Assembly: GCA_038212275.1 (NCBI GenBank)
Contig: JBBQUR010000006.1
Location: forward strand, 128,001 to 192,000
Source of the DNA: Planctomycetota bacterium
GTDB lineage: Bacteria > Planctomycetota > B15-G4
Reading direction: 5' to 3'
Length of the DNA: 64,000 nucleotides
The notes under the pieces were generated by a model. The model did no database searches and had not been told where the DNA came from. It worked only from the letters and a program-made list of their open reading frames with translations. Below, in pieces: positions 8,582-17,579 of this stretch. Position 1 is the stretch's first letter; every line of letters starts with the position of its first letter. The position numbers and the translations under genes are program-made.

Positions 8582-10050
8582 GAGACCGCCAGCTCCACGA
8601 CCCAGCGGGAAAGCGCCGAGCCCGGAGCCGGTTCAGGACCGCGCACGCGCACATCGGCCCAGTCGCCGCCAAAGGCCGCATTCAGGCGTTCGCCGAGCGC
8701 CTCATCCTGGCTCGGGTCCGCGTGCAGCGTCAGCGTCATGACGCCGGGGTGTCCCGGCTCGGCTGCGGACAGCCAGAGCTGCTCCAGGTGCAGGTTCGCG
8801 ACATCCAGTCCCGAGATCACGTCGGCGAGTCGAGCCAGGGCGCGACGCGGTTGAAGCGCTTCGGTGCGGCGCTGAGCCAGGCTGAGCAGGGCCTCCGCGC
8901 TCGCGGCGGCTTCCGCACGCTCCGCGGCCGTCTCGTCGCGGCGACGCTGCACGTCCGCGAGGCTGCCCGCCAGGCTGATGGGCAGCGCGGTCTGCAAGCG
9001 CGTCGTGTTCCAGCGGGCCAGCTCGCCGATGCCGACCAATGTCGCGCTGGCGACCAGCACGCTGGCGGCGATGGTCGGCACGCGACGCAGCGCCTCGCGC
9101 TCGGGGCTGGCCACTTCGATCGGGGCCGAGATGCGCCCGAGTTTCAGGCCGCAGAGCGCGAGCCCGAAGGCCTTGCCCATCGCCAGCGCCTGCTCGGGAG
9201 AATGGCCCTCGTGCGAGACGCGCCGTGCTGCACGGATGCGCTGCAGCGCGTCGAGGCGCGCGACACGCAGGCCCGTGGCCGAGCGCAGCGCGGTGGTGAA
9301 CGCCGCGTCACAGGCGCCCTCCTCGGTGAGCACGAGTTCGACCGGCGCAAAGGGCTGCTCCGGCGGGAGAAGGGTCGCGACCGCCGCGGCGATTTCCGCC
9401 TTGAACCGGGCGGCCAGCTCGGCGGGCTCGCCGTGCTGCAGTCCCAGCGGCAGGTGTCGCATCCAGACGCCGCCCGGCCGCGCGAGGACCAGCTCGCTGG
9501 CCACCTCGCCGACGGCGAGCAGCACCCGGTCCTGGTTCTGCGGCCGCTCGTGCTCCACGAACGAAGCCAGCGCGAAGCCGGGCGTCTCGAGCGCGTCGCA
9601 CGCGACGTGCCGCGAGACGAGCTCGGCGCGGAAGGCATCGACCGTGGCGCGCGGCAACGCCCACGTGAGCGCCTGACTTTCCAGCGGCCCGCGGCGCACG
9701 TGGTGGCGGATGACGAGGTCATCCTCGGGGCGGCCCGTTTCGGCCAGCACCTCGTAGCGCACGAGCTCGTCGAGTCGCGTACCGTCCAGCGCGGGGATGA
9801 GGTAGGTGCGGCTGAAGATCCCGCGCGACGGAGCGGAGATGACCAGCATGGTGCCACCGGAGACGGGATGCCTGGCCAGCAGCGCGGGCAGCGCATCGAG
9901 CGCGGCCTGCTGCGGGTCGCGTTCGCCCGCACAGCCCACGCGCCAGCTCGCCGTCCAGGTCACGCGCCGACCCGACCGGACCAGTCGCACGGCCTTCAGC
10001 GTGCCGTCCGAGAGGTCGATGCCGACGGCGCTCTGGCCGAAGAGGCTCAT
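8578..10050 (-). CDS. pilM: PilM-like actin-fold pilus assembly protein, probably fused to a PilN-like TM/periplasmic part
   Basis: Starts MSLFGQSAVGIDLSDGTLKAVRL (PilM GIDxxxxxLK motif); LVRYEV, LVLTEEGA and AFGLALCGL motifs, then a TM helix and coiled coil. ATG at 10050 overlaps the udg stop. Confidence 0.75.
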   Translation of the reverse strand: MSLFGQSAVGIDLSDGTLKAVRLVRSGRRVTWTASWRVGCAGERDPQQAALDALPALLARHPVSGGTMLVISAPSRGIFSRTYLIPALDGTRLDELVRYEVLAETGRPEDDLVIRHHVRRGPLESQALTWALPRATVDAFRAELVSRHVACDALETPGFALASFVEHERPQNQDRVLLAVGEVASELVLARPGGVWMRHLPLGLQHGEPAELAARFKAEIAAAVATLLPPEQPFAPVELVLTEEGACDAAFTTALRSATGLRVARLDALQRIRAARRVSHEGHSPEQALAMGKAFGLALCGLKLGRISAPIEVASPEREALRRVPTIAASVLVASATLVGIGELARWNTTRLQTALPISLAGSLADVQRRRDETAAERAEAAASAEALLSLAQRRTEALQPRRALARLADVISGLDVANLHLEQLWLSAAEPGHPGVMTLTLHADPSQDEALGERLNAAFGGDWADVRVRGPEPAPGSALSRWVVELAVS

Positions 10051-10919
10051 GTCTCGCGCATCAGCTCCATGACCCGCTGAATGTCCTGCCACGTGGGCAC
10101 CTTTGCCGCGGGATTCCGCAGCAGATAGGCAGGGTGGTAGGTGGTGATGACAGGAATCCCGCGCCAGTCGTGCGTCCGGCCGCGCAGGGCGCCCATGGAC
10201 TCCTCGGTGTCGAGCAGGCGGCGCGCCGCGGTGGCGCCGAGCGTGCAGATGACCCGCGGCGCGATGGCCAGGAGCTGGCGGTCCAGGAAGTCGGCGCAGG
10301 CGGCGGCCTCGGCGGGCTCGGGCACGCGGTTGCCCGGCGGCCGGCACTTCACCACGTTGGCGATGAAGACCTCGGCTCGGGTGAGCTTCATGCCCTTGGT
10401 GATGATGTCTTCGAGCAGCTGCCCTGCGCGACCGACGAAGGGGCGACCCGTGCGATCCTCGTCCGCCCCAGGCCCTTCGCCGACGAAGACGACCTGCGCG
10501 CGCGGATGCCCTTCGCCGGGCACGGTCTTGCCGCGCGTCTCGCACAGGACGCAGGCGCGGCACGCGGCCACTTCGGCGGCGACGGCCGCCAGCAAGGACT
10601 CGCCATCCTCCGCCGGCTGCCCTCGCACCGGCTGCCCTCGCGCCGGTTGCCCTCGCGCCGGTTGCCCTTGCGAGGATGGCCGTTGCGCGGATGGTCCTCG
10701 CGCTGGCTGCCGCGCAGCCGATGTCGCGGCAGGCACAGCGGGCGCCTGCCCGCCCCGCTCAGGCTTGCCCGACGCGGCGGACGCAGCGGGCGTGATGGAC
10801 GCGGCGGGTGCGGCGGGTGCCGGTTGCGCGCTCGCGCCGGACAGCGGCAGCGCTTTCACGCCCGCCGCCTGCATCGAACGAAGGTAGCGGGCCGCGCTCT
10901 CGTGCATGGGGCGCGTCAT
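10047..10919 (-). CDS. udg: Uracil-DNA glycosylase, family 4 (Fe-S)
   Basis: CxxCxL, VFVGEGPGADED, PFVGRAGQLL, NVVKCRPPGNR, TYHPAYLLRNP motifs; low-complexity N-terminal linker. Confidence 0.95.
   Translation of the reverse strand: MTRPMHESAARYLRSMQAAGVKALPLSGASAQPAPAAPAASITPAASAASGKPERGGQAPAVPAATSAARQPARGPSAQRPSSQGQPARGQPARGQPVRGQPAEDGESLLAAVAAEVAACRACVLCETRGKTVPGEGHPRAQVVFVGEGPGADEDRTGRPFVGRAGQLLEDIITKGMKLTRAEVFIANVVKCRPPGNRVPEPAEAAACADFLDRQLLAIAPRVICTLGATAARRLLDTEESMGALRGRTHDWRGIPVITTYHPAYLLRNPAAKVPTWQDIQRVMELMRET
10613..10672. repeat. 4 x 15-bp tandem repeat (CCGGYTGCCCTYGCR) encoding a RGQPA-type repeat in the UDG linker
   Basis: Units at 10613, 10628, 10643 and 10658, read directly. 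Confidence 0.85.
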
Positions 10920-11728
10920 GGTAGCGATCCTCCCGCCGCGCCGCCCGCCTGCGCCGGCGCCGCCCGCGCGGACGCAGGCCCGTCGGCCGTCGAGGCTGCT
11001 GCGAGGACGGCCAGTGCGAGTGCGGCCGTCTCCACGCGCAGCACGGTGCTGCCGAGGCACACGCGCCGTGCGCCGCAGGACATCGCCTGTTCCTGCTCGG
11101 CTGCGGTGAAGCCGCCTTCCGGTCCGACCAGCGCGACCAGCCCGCGCTGTGCGGAGCGCGCCGGCACGCCGGCCGCCGCGCTGTCCCGCTCCGCCGCGTT
11201 GTCCCGCTCAGGCGCGCTGTCCGGCTCCGGCGGGCTGGCCAGCCAGAGTTCAGCCTGCGCGGCCGCGGCGGCGGCGAGCACAGTTCCCAGCGGGGCCGGT
11301 GCTTCCACGGGCATGCGGTGCAGGCGACCGCACTGCAGCAGCGCTTCGTCCGAGAGCCGGGCCAGGCGCTGCAGTCGCGCGGCTCCCAGGTCGCGCTCGC
11401 CGTAGCGCGTCTCGAGCAGAAGCAGCCGGCTCACGCCGAGTTCGCAGGCCTTTTCCACCAGCCACTCGAGTCTCGGGAGTCGCGGCACGGCCACGGCGAG
11501 CGTGACGGCAAAGGGGGCGGCCGGCGCCTGCGGCGCGCGCGACTCGATGTGCACGCGGCCCGGCGCCACGAGTCGCGCCCGCGCGCAGCCGCCTCGGCCG
11601 TCGACGAGAATGGTCTCGTCACCGACGCGCAGCCGCAGCACGCGTTCGACGTGATGTCGCGTGGGTGCGTCGAGGGCCAGTTCATCGGCGCGCAGGTCGG
11701 GCAGCAGGCAACGCGGGATGTGAGCCAT
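10916..11728 (-). CDS. rsmE: 16S rRNA (uracil1498-N3)-methyltransferase
   Basis: HHVERVLRLRVG, LEWLVEKACELGV, EALLQCGR, LVGPEGGFT, LGSTVLRVETA motifs; ATG at 11728. Confidence 0.93.
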   Translation of the reverse strand: MAHIPRCLLPDLRADELALDAPTRHHVERVLRLRVGDETILVDGRGGCARARLVAPGRVHIESRAPQAPAAPFAVTLAVAVPRLPRLEWLVEKACELGVSRLLLLETRYGERDLGAARLQRLARLSDEALLQCGRLHRMPVEAPAPLGTVLAAAAAAQAELWLASPPEPDSAPERDNAAERDSAAAGVPARSAQRGLVALVGPEGGFTAAEQEQAMSCGARRVCLGSTVLRVETAALALAVLAAASTADGPASARAAPAQAGGAAGGSLP

Positions 11729-11847
11729 GGGGAGGCATGTGATACCGTTCGCCCCCTGCGCTCGTCCAAGCGCCGCTGCGCGGCCGGGCTCGGATGCTCG
11801 ACGCTCCGTGCTGCGGTCGTGTTCCGCTGTCGTCGCCCGGAGTCCCC

Positions 11848-13308
11848 ATGCGCCTGTCCGCCGCGCCCGCGTCCGCACTCAAGTCCGCCACACCGTTGCT
11901 CGCGCTGCTCGTGGACAGTGCCACGCGTGCGGAACTTCCCGGAGGCGTGCTCGGCGCCCGCGCCGCAGCGCTGATCAAGAGCGGCGTCTTCAAGGCGGAG
12001 CCGCGCAAGGCGCTCGTGCTGCACGCCGAGTCTCGCGGGGGGGCGCGTGCGCTGCTGCTCATCGGCATGGGCAAGGTCGGCGAGCTGACGGCCGAGGACT
12101 TCCGTCGCGCCGGCGCGATCGCTGCCTCTCAGGCGGCCGAGCTGCGCGCCGAGTCGCTCGTGCTGGCCGGCGCCGGCGACGTGCGCCTCGACGGGGAGCA
12201 CCTGCAGGCCGTGGGCGAAGGTCTCGTGCTCGCCGGCTATCGCTATCCGGCAAAGCGTGACGACAAGGCTTCTGCGCCGCCGAAGAAGGCGCAGGTCGTC
12301 ACCGCGCTGCGGAGCGCCCCGGAGGTGCTTGCCGCCGCGCAGGCGCTCGGCGAGGCGGCCAACCTGGTGCGCGAACTGGGCGACCTGCCCGGCAACACCG
12401 TGACGCCGCGCTACCTCGCCAGGACCGCGCAGGCCGTTTCGCGCAAGGGCAAGCTGCGCTGCCGGGTGCACGGCAAGCGCGAGCTGCAGCGCATGAAGAT
12501 GGGCGGCATCCTCGCGGTGAACCAGGGCTCCACGCAGGAGCCCTTCCTCATCGAGATGGAATATCGCGGCGCGCGTCCCAAGGTCACGGTGTGCATCGTG
12601 GGCAAGGGCCTCACCTTCGACTCGGGCGGCATCTCGCTGAAGCCCGCCGACAAGATGGAGGAGATGAAGTACGACATGTGCGGCGGCGCCGCGACCATCG
12701 GACTCATGCAGGCGCTGTCCGTGCTGAAGCCCGCGGGGTTGCGCGTCATCGGCATCGTCGGCACGACGGACAACATGCCGGGGCCGAACGCCTACAAGCC
12801 GGGCGACGTGGTGACGACCGCGTCGGGCAAGACCATCGAGGTCATCAACACGGACGCCGAGGGACGCGTCGTGCTCGCCGACGCGCTGCACTTCGCGCGA
12901 CGCTTCGACCCGGACGCGATCATCGACATGGCGACCCTCACGGGTGCCATCGTGGTCGCGCTCGGCAGCGAGACCGCGGGCCTGTTCACGAAGGACGACG
13001 GCCTCGCGAAGCGGCTGCTCGCCGCGGGCGACCGCACCGGCGAGAACGTCTGGCGCATGCCGACGTATCCCGCCTACGCCGAGAAGATCAAGAGCCGCGT
13101 CGCGGACGTGAAGAACAGCTCCGGCCGCGAAGCCGGTTCGTGCACCGCGGCCGCCTTCCTCTTCACCTTCACCGAGGGTGTGCCGCACGCGCACCTCGAC
13201 ATCGCCGGCACCGCGTGGAACGGACGTCGGCGCGACTATCACCTCGAGGGCGGTACCGGCTTCGGCGTGCGCCTGCTCTACGACGCCCTCCTGCACTGGA
13301 ACGACTGA
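11848..13308 (+). CDS. pepA: Leucyl aminopeptidase (M17)
   Basis: VGKGLTFDSGGISLKP, MKYDMCG, NTDAEGR, ATLTGA, HLDIAG motifs; GGAG RBS before ATG 11848. Confidence 0.96.
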   Translation: MRLSAAPASALKSATPLLALLVDSATRAELPGGVLGARAAALIKSGVFKAEPRKALVLHAESRGGARALLLIGMGKVGELTAEDFRRAGAIAASQAAELRAESLVLAGAGDVRLDGEHLQAVGEGLVLAGYRYPAKRDDKASAPPKKAQVVTALRSAPEVLAAAQALGEAANLVRELGDLPGNTVTPRYLARTAQAVSRKGKLRCRVHGKRELQRMKMGGILAVNQGSTQEPFLIEMEYRGARPKVTVCIVGKGLTFDSGGISLKPADKMEEMKYDMCGGAATIGLMQALSVLKPAGLRVIGIVGTTDNMPGPNAYKPGDVVTTASGKTIEVINTDAEGRVVLADALHFARRFDPDAIIDMATLTGAIVVALGSETAGLFTKDDGLAKRLLAAGDRTGENVWRMPTYPAYAEKIKSRVADVKNSSGREAGSCTAAAFLFTFTEGVPHAHLDIAGTAWNGRRRDYHLEGGTGFGVRLLYDALLHWND

Positions 13309-13309
13309 C

Positions 13310-13777
13310 ATGTTGAAGCTGCTGCTCGCCTTGTCCCCCGAGCGCTTCGGCGCGATCTACCTCGCGCTGCCCCCGGAGCTGGCGCGCGCGCTGGACGGCG
13401 CCATCGCGACGATGCTCCATGCGCGGCCGGCCATGGTGGCGCGTCAGCCCGCGGCGGTACGCGTCAAGGCGTTGCGCGCCTTCCTCATGCGGACGCGCGA
13501 CGAGGCCCTGGCCGGCGACCTGCTGCGCGCCTACTTTCTCGGGCCGCGGCTGCCGCTCGTCGTGCAGTTCCTCGACGCCACCGGAGTGAAGCACGAGAAG
13601 GGCCAGGTCGGCGAGGACGGCAAGCCCGACCCGGCCAAGGTGCCCGAAGCGATTGCCGCACTGAACGCCGCGCACGATCCGCAGGACGTGCAGCTCTACC
13701 TTGTCATCGCCGCCATGCAATGGCCCGACGTGGCGGAGATCAAAGCCGCGATGGTCGCGCCAGCCGTGCCGGCCTGA
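13310..13777 (+). CDS. Hypothetical protein (155 aa)
   Basis: ATG 1 nt after the pepA stop; typical high-GC codon usage; FLDATGVKHEKG segment. Confidence 0.75.
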   Translation: MLKLLLALSPERFGAIYLALPPELARALDGAIATMLHARPAMVARQPAAVRVKALRAFLMRTRDEALAGDLLRAYFLGPRLPLVVQFLDATGVKHEKGQVGEDGKPDPAKVPEAIAALNAAHDPQDVQLYLVIAAMQWPDVAEIKAAMVAPAVPA

Positions 13778-13815
13778 GCCCTCGTTCCGCGGGAAGCACG
13801 CCTCTCTCGTGGGCA

Positions 13816-13891
13816 CGTGCGGGAGCACTCGTGTCCAATTGAGGCACTGCCTCTACTGGACACATCGCGCGACGGGACCCCGCACGCGATG
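13816..13891. other. Nested inverted repeats in a convergent intergenic gap (possible bidirectional terminator or structured element)
   Basis: GTGTCCA(13831)...GAGGC-ACT-GCCTC...TGGACAC(13863), enclosed by CGTGCGGG(13816)/CCCGCACG(13886); alternative stem CATCGCG(13863)/CGCGATG(13891). Confidence 0.5.
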
Positions 13892-13924
13892 CGGCGTCGA
13901 TCGTGTTGGCGGCGCCGGCGCGCG

Positions 13925-14932
13925 TCAGAGATCGACCTCGGGCGTGAAGAAGGCGGCGCCGGCCTCTTCGGGCAGCGGCCTGCCTGTCATGCGCGCACGC
14001 CGCAGCAACTCCCAGTGGAAGCGGTAGCTGGCGCGGTCGTGCAACAGGCCGTCGTGGCGGATGGGACCCCAGTGCGCGCGCTGTGCGGCGAGCAGCACGG
14101 CGCCCGCCGTGGAGACCTCGCCGTCGTCGGGCGCGAAGGCCGCAGCGATCGGCGCGATTTGCGACGGATGAATGGACCACATGCGCAGGAAGCCGAACTC
14201 GCGGCGCGCGCGCAGAGCATCCGCGCCGGCCTGCTCGGGGTGATCGAGGTCCGTGGTCACGTTGTGTGACGGCACGAGGCCGTGCGCGAGCGCCGCCGCG
14301 ACGATGGTCGACTTCGCCCGGCGCACGAGTGCGTGCTCGAATTGCCCCGGGGAGCGCATGGCCTCTGCGCCGATCGCGCCGTGGTGCGCGCTGACGAAGT
14401 CCATCAGGCCGAATTCCAGCGTCGCCATCCACGGCAGCGCGGCGATGCGGAAGGCATCCTGCAGTGCGCCGTGCGTCTCGATGAGCACGTGGATGGGAAT
14501 CTCGCGCCCGACCTTCGCCGCCGCACACGCATTCTGGATGTACGTGAGCATCTCCACGACCTGCCGCACCGACGTGGCCTTGGGCAGCGTGATGTGCGCG
14601 AGCCGCGCGCCGGCGCCGCGCACCAGCTGGTCGACGTCCTGACGCCACCACGGGCTCGACCAGTCGTGGATGCGCGCTCCGGCCTTGCCCAGCGCGTTGG
14701 TCGGCCCGGCCAGCAGCTCCACGACGAGTTGCGCGTGCTCGCGCTCCCGACCGGCCGTCGCGCCGTCCTCGAGATCCAGCGTCACGTCGAAGACGGGGCC
14801 GAGTTCGGACTGCAGCGCGAGCGCACGGCGCATGAAGCGCTCGGTGCCGGCGTAATGATCGCAACTGGGGATCACGGGGAACTGGCGCTCGCCCTCGAAC
14901 AGCGCCTCGTCGGGATGCAGCAGTTTGCCCAC
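13925..14932 (-). CDS. HpcH/HpaI aldolase / citrate lyase beta-like protein
   Basis: DVTLDLEDGA, ITLPK, VLIETHGAL, EFGLMDFVS, RMWSIHPSQI motifs. Confidence 0.9.
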   Translation of the reverse strand: MGKLLHPDEALFEGERQFPVIPSCDHYAGTERFMRRALALQSELGPVFDVTLDLEDGATAGREREHAQLVVELLAGPTNALGKAGARIHDWSSPWWRQDVDQLVRGAGARLAHITLPKATSVRQVVEMLTYIQNACAAAKVGREIPIHVLIETHGALQDAFRIAALPWMATLEFGLMDFVSAHHGAIGAEAMRSPGQFEHALVRRAKSTIVAAALAHGLVPSHNVTTDLDHPEQAGADALRARREFGFLRMWSIHPSQIAPIAAAFAPDDGEVSTAGAVLLAAQRAHWGPIRHDGLLHDRASYRFHWELLRRARMTGRPLPEEAGAAFFTPEVDL

Positions 14933-15183
14933 GGGGAGCAGTATCCATGCGCGGGCGCCGAGTCGAAGAGTTCATCCCGCGGGAGCGGCACGCCTCGGGC
15001 GGAAGCGGCGCGCTGCAGCCGGGAGCGGCGTGCCGCGGCGCCCGGACGTCGGCGCGCGGCTGTCGGCGCGCGGCTGCCCTTCCGTGGCGCACGTCGCCCT
15101 GCTATCGTCCGCGCCTCGCGACGAGCCCTCGTCGGCAACGTGCCGGGGCACCTGGTGCCCGGCAGGGCGTCGCGGCGACCTCC

Positions 15184-15259
15184 GGCGGCATAGCCAAGTT
15201 GGTAAGGCAACGGATTGCAAATCCGTTATTCCCCGGTTCGAATCCGGGTGCCGCCTCCA
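15184..15259 (+). tRNA. tRNA-Cys (GCA)
   Basis: Acceptor stem GGCGGCA/TGCCGCC, D arm, anticodon arm ACGGA-TTGCAAA-TCCGT, T arm CCCGG-TTCGAAT-CCGGG, discriminator T and encoded CCA. Confidence 0.97.
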
Positions 15260-15305
15260 TCGCCGCGCTTGCGCCGGCCCTGCGGAGATCGAGGTGCCCG
15301 ACGCG

Positions 15306-17579
15306 ATGACCTCTCCGGCCGGCCGGACGCCCGGTGACGAGCCGTCGCGCGAAGAGTTCCGCGTGCAGGGCATGGACTGCGCGGAGGAAGTGAGCAAGCT
15401 GCGCCGCGCCTTCGCCGCGGTGCCCGGCTTCGCGGATCTCGACGTGGACCTGCTCGCGGGCCGTCTCTCGGTGCACTTCGACCCCGCGCGTGCGAACCGG
15501 GCTGCGCTGCTGGCGGCCATCGAGAAGGCCGGCATGCGCGGAGAGCCGTGGACGGAGGAGCCGCTGGCGCGGCGCTCGACGCGCGACGCGCTGGCACTCG
15601 TCGGCGCGCTGGCCATCGTGGCCGGCATGGTTGTTCACTGGGCCGACGGCGGGGCCCTGCTGCCGGCGCTGCAGGGCGTGGACGCACCGCGCGCGGCACT
15701 CGTGCTCTACGCGCTGGCCGTCCTGGCCACCGCCGGTCCGCTGCTGCCGCGGGCCTGGGCCGCGGTGCGCTCGCTCTCCCCGGACATGCACCTGCTCATG
15801 GTGGCCGCCATCACCGGCGCGATCGTGCTCGGCGACTGGCTCGAGGCTGCCACCGTCGCGGTGCTCTTCGCGCTCTCGCTGCAGCTCGAGGCGTGGAGCG
15901 TCGGACGCGCGCGCCGCGCCGTCGCCGGGCTGCTGTCGCTGTCGCCGGGCAGCGCGGAACTGCTGCATGACGGCCACGGCCACCGCGTGCCCATCTCCGC
16001 GGTCACCGTCGGCGCGCGCGTGCTCGTGCGCCCCGGCGAACGCGTGCCGCTCGACGGCACCATCGTCGACGGCCGCAGCGATCTCGACGAGTCGCCGCTG
16101 ACGGGCGAGAGCCGCACGGTGGCCAAGGGGCCGGGCGACTCCGTCTTCGCCGGTTCGATGAACGGCGCGGGCGCGCTGCAACTGCAGATCACGCGCGCCA
16201 GTGTCGACAGCACGGTGGCGCGCATCGCGCGGCTCGTCAGCGAGGCGCACCGCCAGCGCGGCGCGAGCGAGCGCTTCGTGGAGCGTTTCGCCCGGCTCTA
16301 CACGCCGATCGTCATGGCGCTCGCGGCGCTCGCCTTCATCGCGCCGCCGCTGCTGTTTGCGCGGAGCTGGAGCGAGTCGGGCTACGCGGCGCTCGTGCTG
16401 CTCGTCATCGCCTGCCCCTGCGCCCTCGTGATCTCGACGCCGGTGTCCGTGGTCTGCGCGCTGGCCAGTGCGGCGCGCGCCGGCGTGCTGATCAAGGGCG
16501 GCCGCTTCATCGAGGAGCCCGCGCGCCTGCGCTGCCTGGCCTTCGACAAGACCGGAACGCTCACGACGGGGCGTCCGACGATCGTGGAGATCGAGCCCTT
16601 CGAGGGGCACGACGTGCGCGAGCTGCTCGCGATCGCCAGCGCCATCGAGTCCGCGAGCACGCATCCGCTGGCTGGCGCGATCGTCGCGCACGCGCGCGCG
16701 CTGGGCGTCTCGCCAGCGGTCGCGCAGGAAGTGCGCGAGCTGCCCGGACGCGGCGCCGAGGGCCGCATCGAGGGCGCGCTCGCCTGGATCGGCAGCCACG
16801 CCGTGCTGGAGGAGCGCGGTCAGGAAACGCCCGAGCAGCACCGCCGACTGGTGCAGCTGGAGGCGCAGGGCCGGTCGGTCGTGATCCTCGGCACGGACGA
16901 GCACGTGTGCGGACTCTTCGTGCTCGCCGACGAGCCGCGACCGCACGCAGCTGCCGCGCTGGCGCAGCTGAGAACGCTGGGACTCTCGCGACTCGTGCTG
17001 CTCACCGGCGACAACGCCGGTTCGGCGCATGCGCTGGCGGCGCGCCTCGGCATGTCCGGCTCGCAGGACGGGTCCGGCCTGCATGGTCCGCTCGAGGTGC
17101 GCGCGGGCCTGCTGCCCGAGCGCAAGCTGGCGGTCATCGCGGAGCTGTCGAGCCGCTCGGGGCCGGTGGGCATGGTGGGCGACGGCATCAACGACGCGCC
17201 GGCGCTTGCCGCCGCGGCGGTCGGCATCGCGCTGGGCGGGGCGGCGAGCGACGTGGCCATCGAGACCGCCGACATCGTCATCATGTCGGGCGACCTGCGC
17301 CGGCTGCCGTGGCTCGTGTCGCACAGCCGGCGCACGCTGGCGATCATCCGCCAGAACATCGCCGTGGCGATCGGCGTGAAAGTGGTGGTCATCGTCGCGG
17401 CGCTGGCGGGGCACGCCACGCTCTGGGCGGCGATCGCCGCCGACATGGGCGTCTCGATGGCTGTCGTGGCCAACGCGTTGCGCCTGCTGCGCGCGGCGCC
17501 GCTGGGTGAGCCCGCCGGAACGTCGGAGGCCCGAGACGCGCCGGTCAGCGCGACGGGGCCGACACCCGGCGCAGCGTGA
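15306..17579 (+). CDS. Heavy-metal-translocating P1B-type ATPase (CadA/ZntA-like)
   Basis: N-terminal HMA domain (GMDCAEE), TGES, CPC, DKTGTLT, HP, TGDN, GDGINDAP and ADMG motifs; ATG 15306 chosen because the longer ORF crosses the tRNA. Confidence 0.93.
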   Translation: MTSPAGRTPGDEPSREEFRVQGMDCAEEVSKLRRAFAAVPGFADLDVDLLAGRLSVHFDPARANRAALLAAIEKAGMRGEPWTEEPLARRSTRDALALVGALAIVAGMVVHWADGGALLPALQGVDAPRAALVLYALAVLATAGPLLPRAWAAVRSLSPDMHLLMVAAITGAIVLGDWLEAATVAVLFALSLQLEAWSVGRARRAVAGLLSLSPGSAELLHDGHGHRVPISAVTVGARVLVRPGERVPLDGTIVDGRSDLDESPLTGESRTVAKGPGDSVFAGSMNGAGALQLQITRASVDSTVARIARLVSEAHRQRGASERFVERFARLYTPIVMALAALAFIAPPLLFARSWSESGYAALVLLVIACPCALVISTPVSVVCALASAARAGVLIKGGRFIEEPARLRCLAFDKTGTLTTGRPTIVEIEPFEGHDVRELLAIASAIESASTHPLAGAIVAHARALGVSPAVAQEVRELPGRGAEGRIEGALAWIGSHAVLEERGQETPEQHRRLVQLEAQGRSVVILGTDEHVCGLFVLADEPRPHAAAALAQLRTLGLSRLVLLTGDNAGSAHALAARLGMSGSQDGSGLHGPLEVRAGLLPERKLAVIAELSSRSGPVGMVGDGINDAPALAAAAVGIALGGAASDVAIETADIVIMSGDLRRLPWLVSHSRRTLAIIRQNIAVAIGVKVVVIVAALAGHATLWAAIAADMGVSMAVVANALRLLRAAPLGEPAGTSEARDAPVSATGPTPGAA

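Noticed and set aside
15184..15305. tRNA-Cys as the attachment site of an integrated element
   Set aside because: No integrase, no duplicated tRNA 3' end noticed and no compositional shift downstream.
14925..15305. N-terminal extension of the ATPase ORF
   Set aside because: It overlaps the tRNA gene; ATG 15306 gives a normal HMA-domain start.
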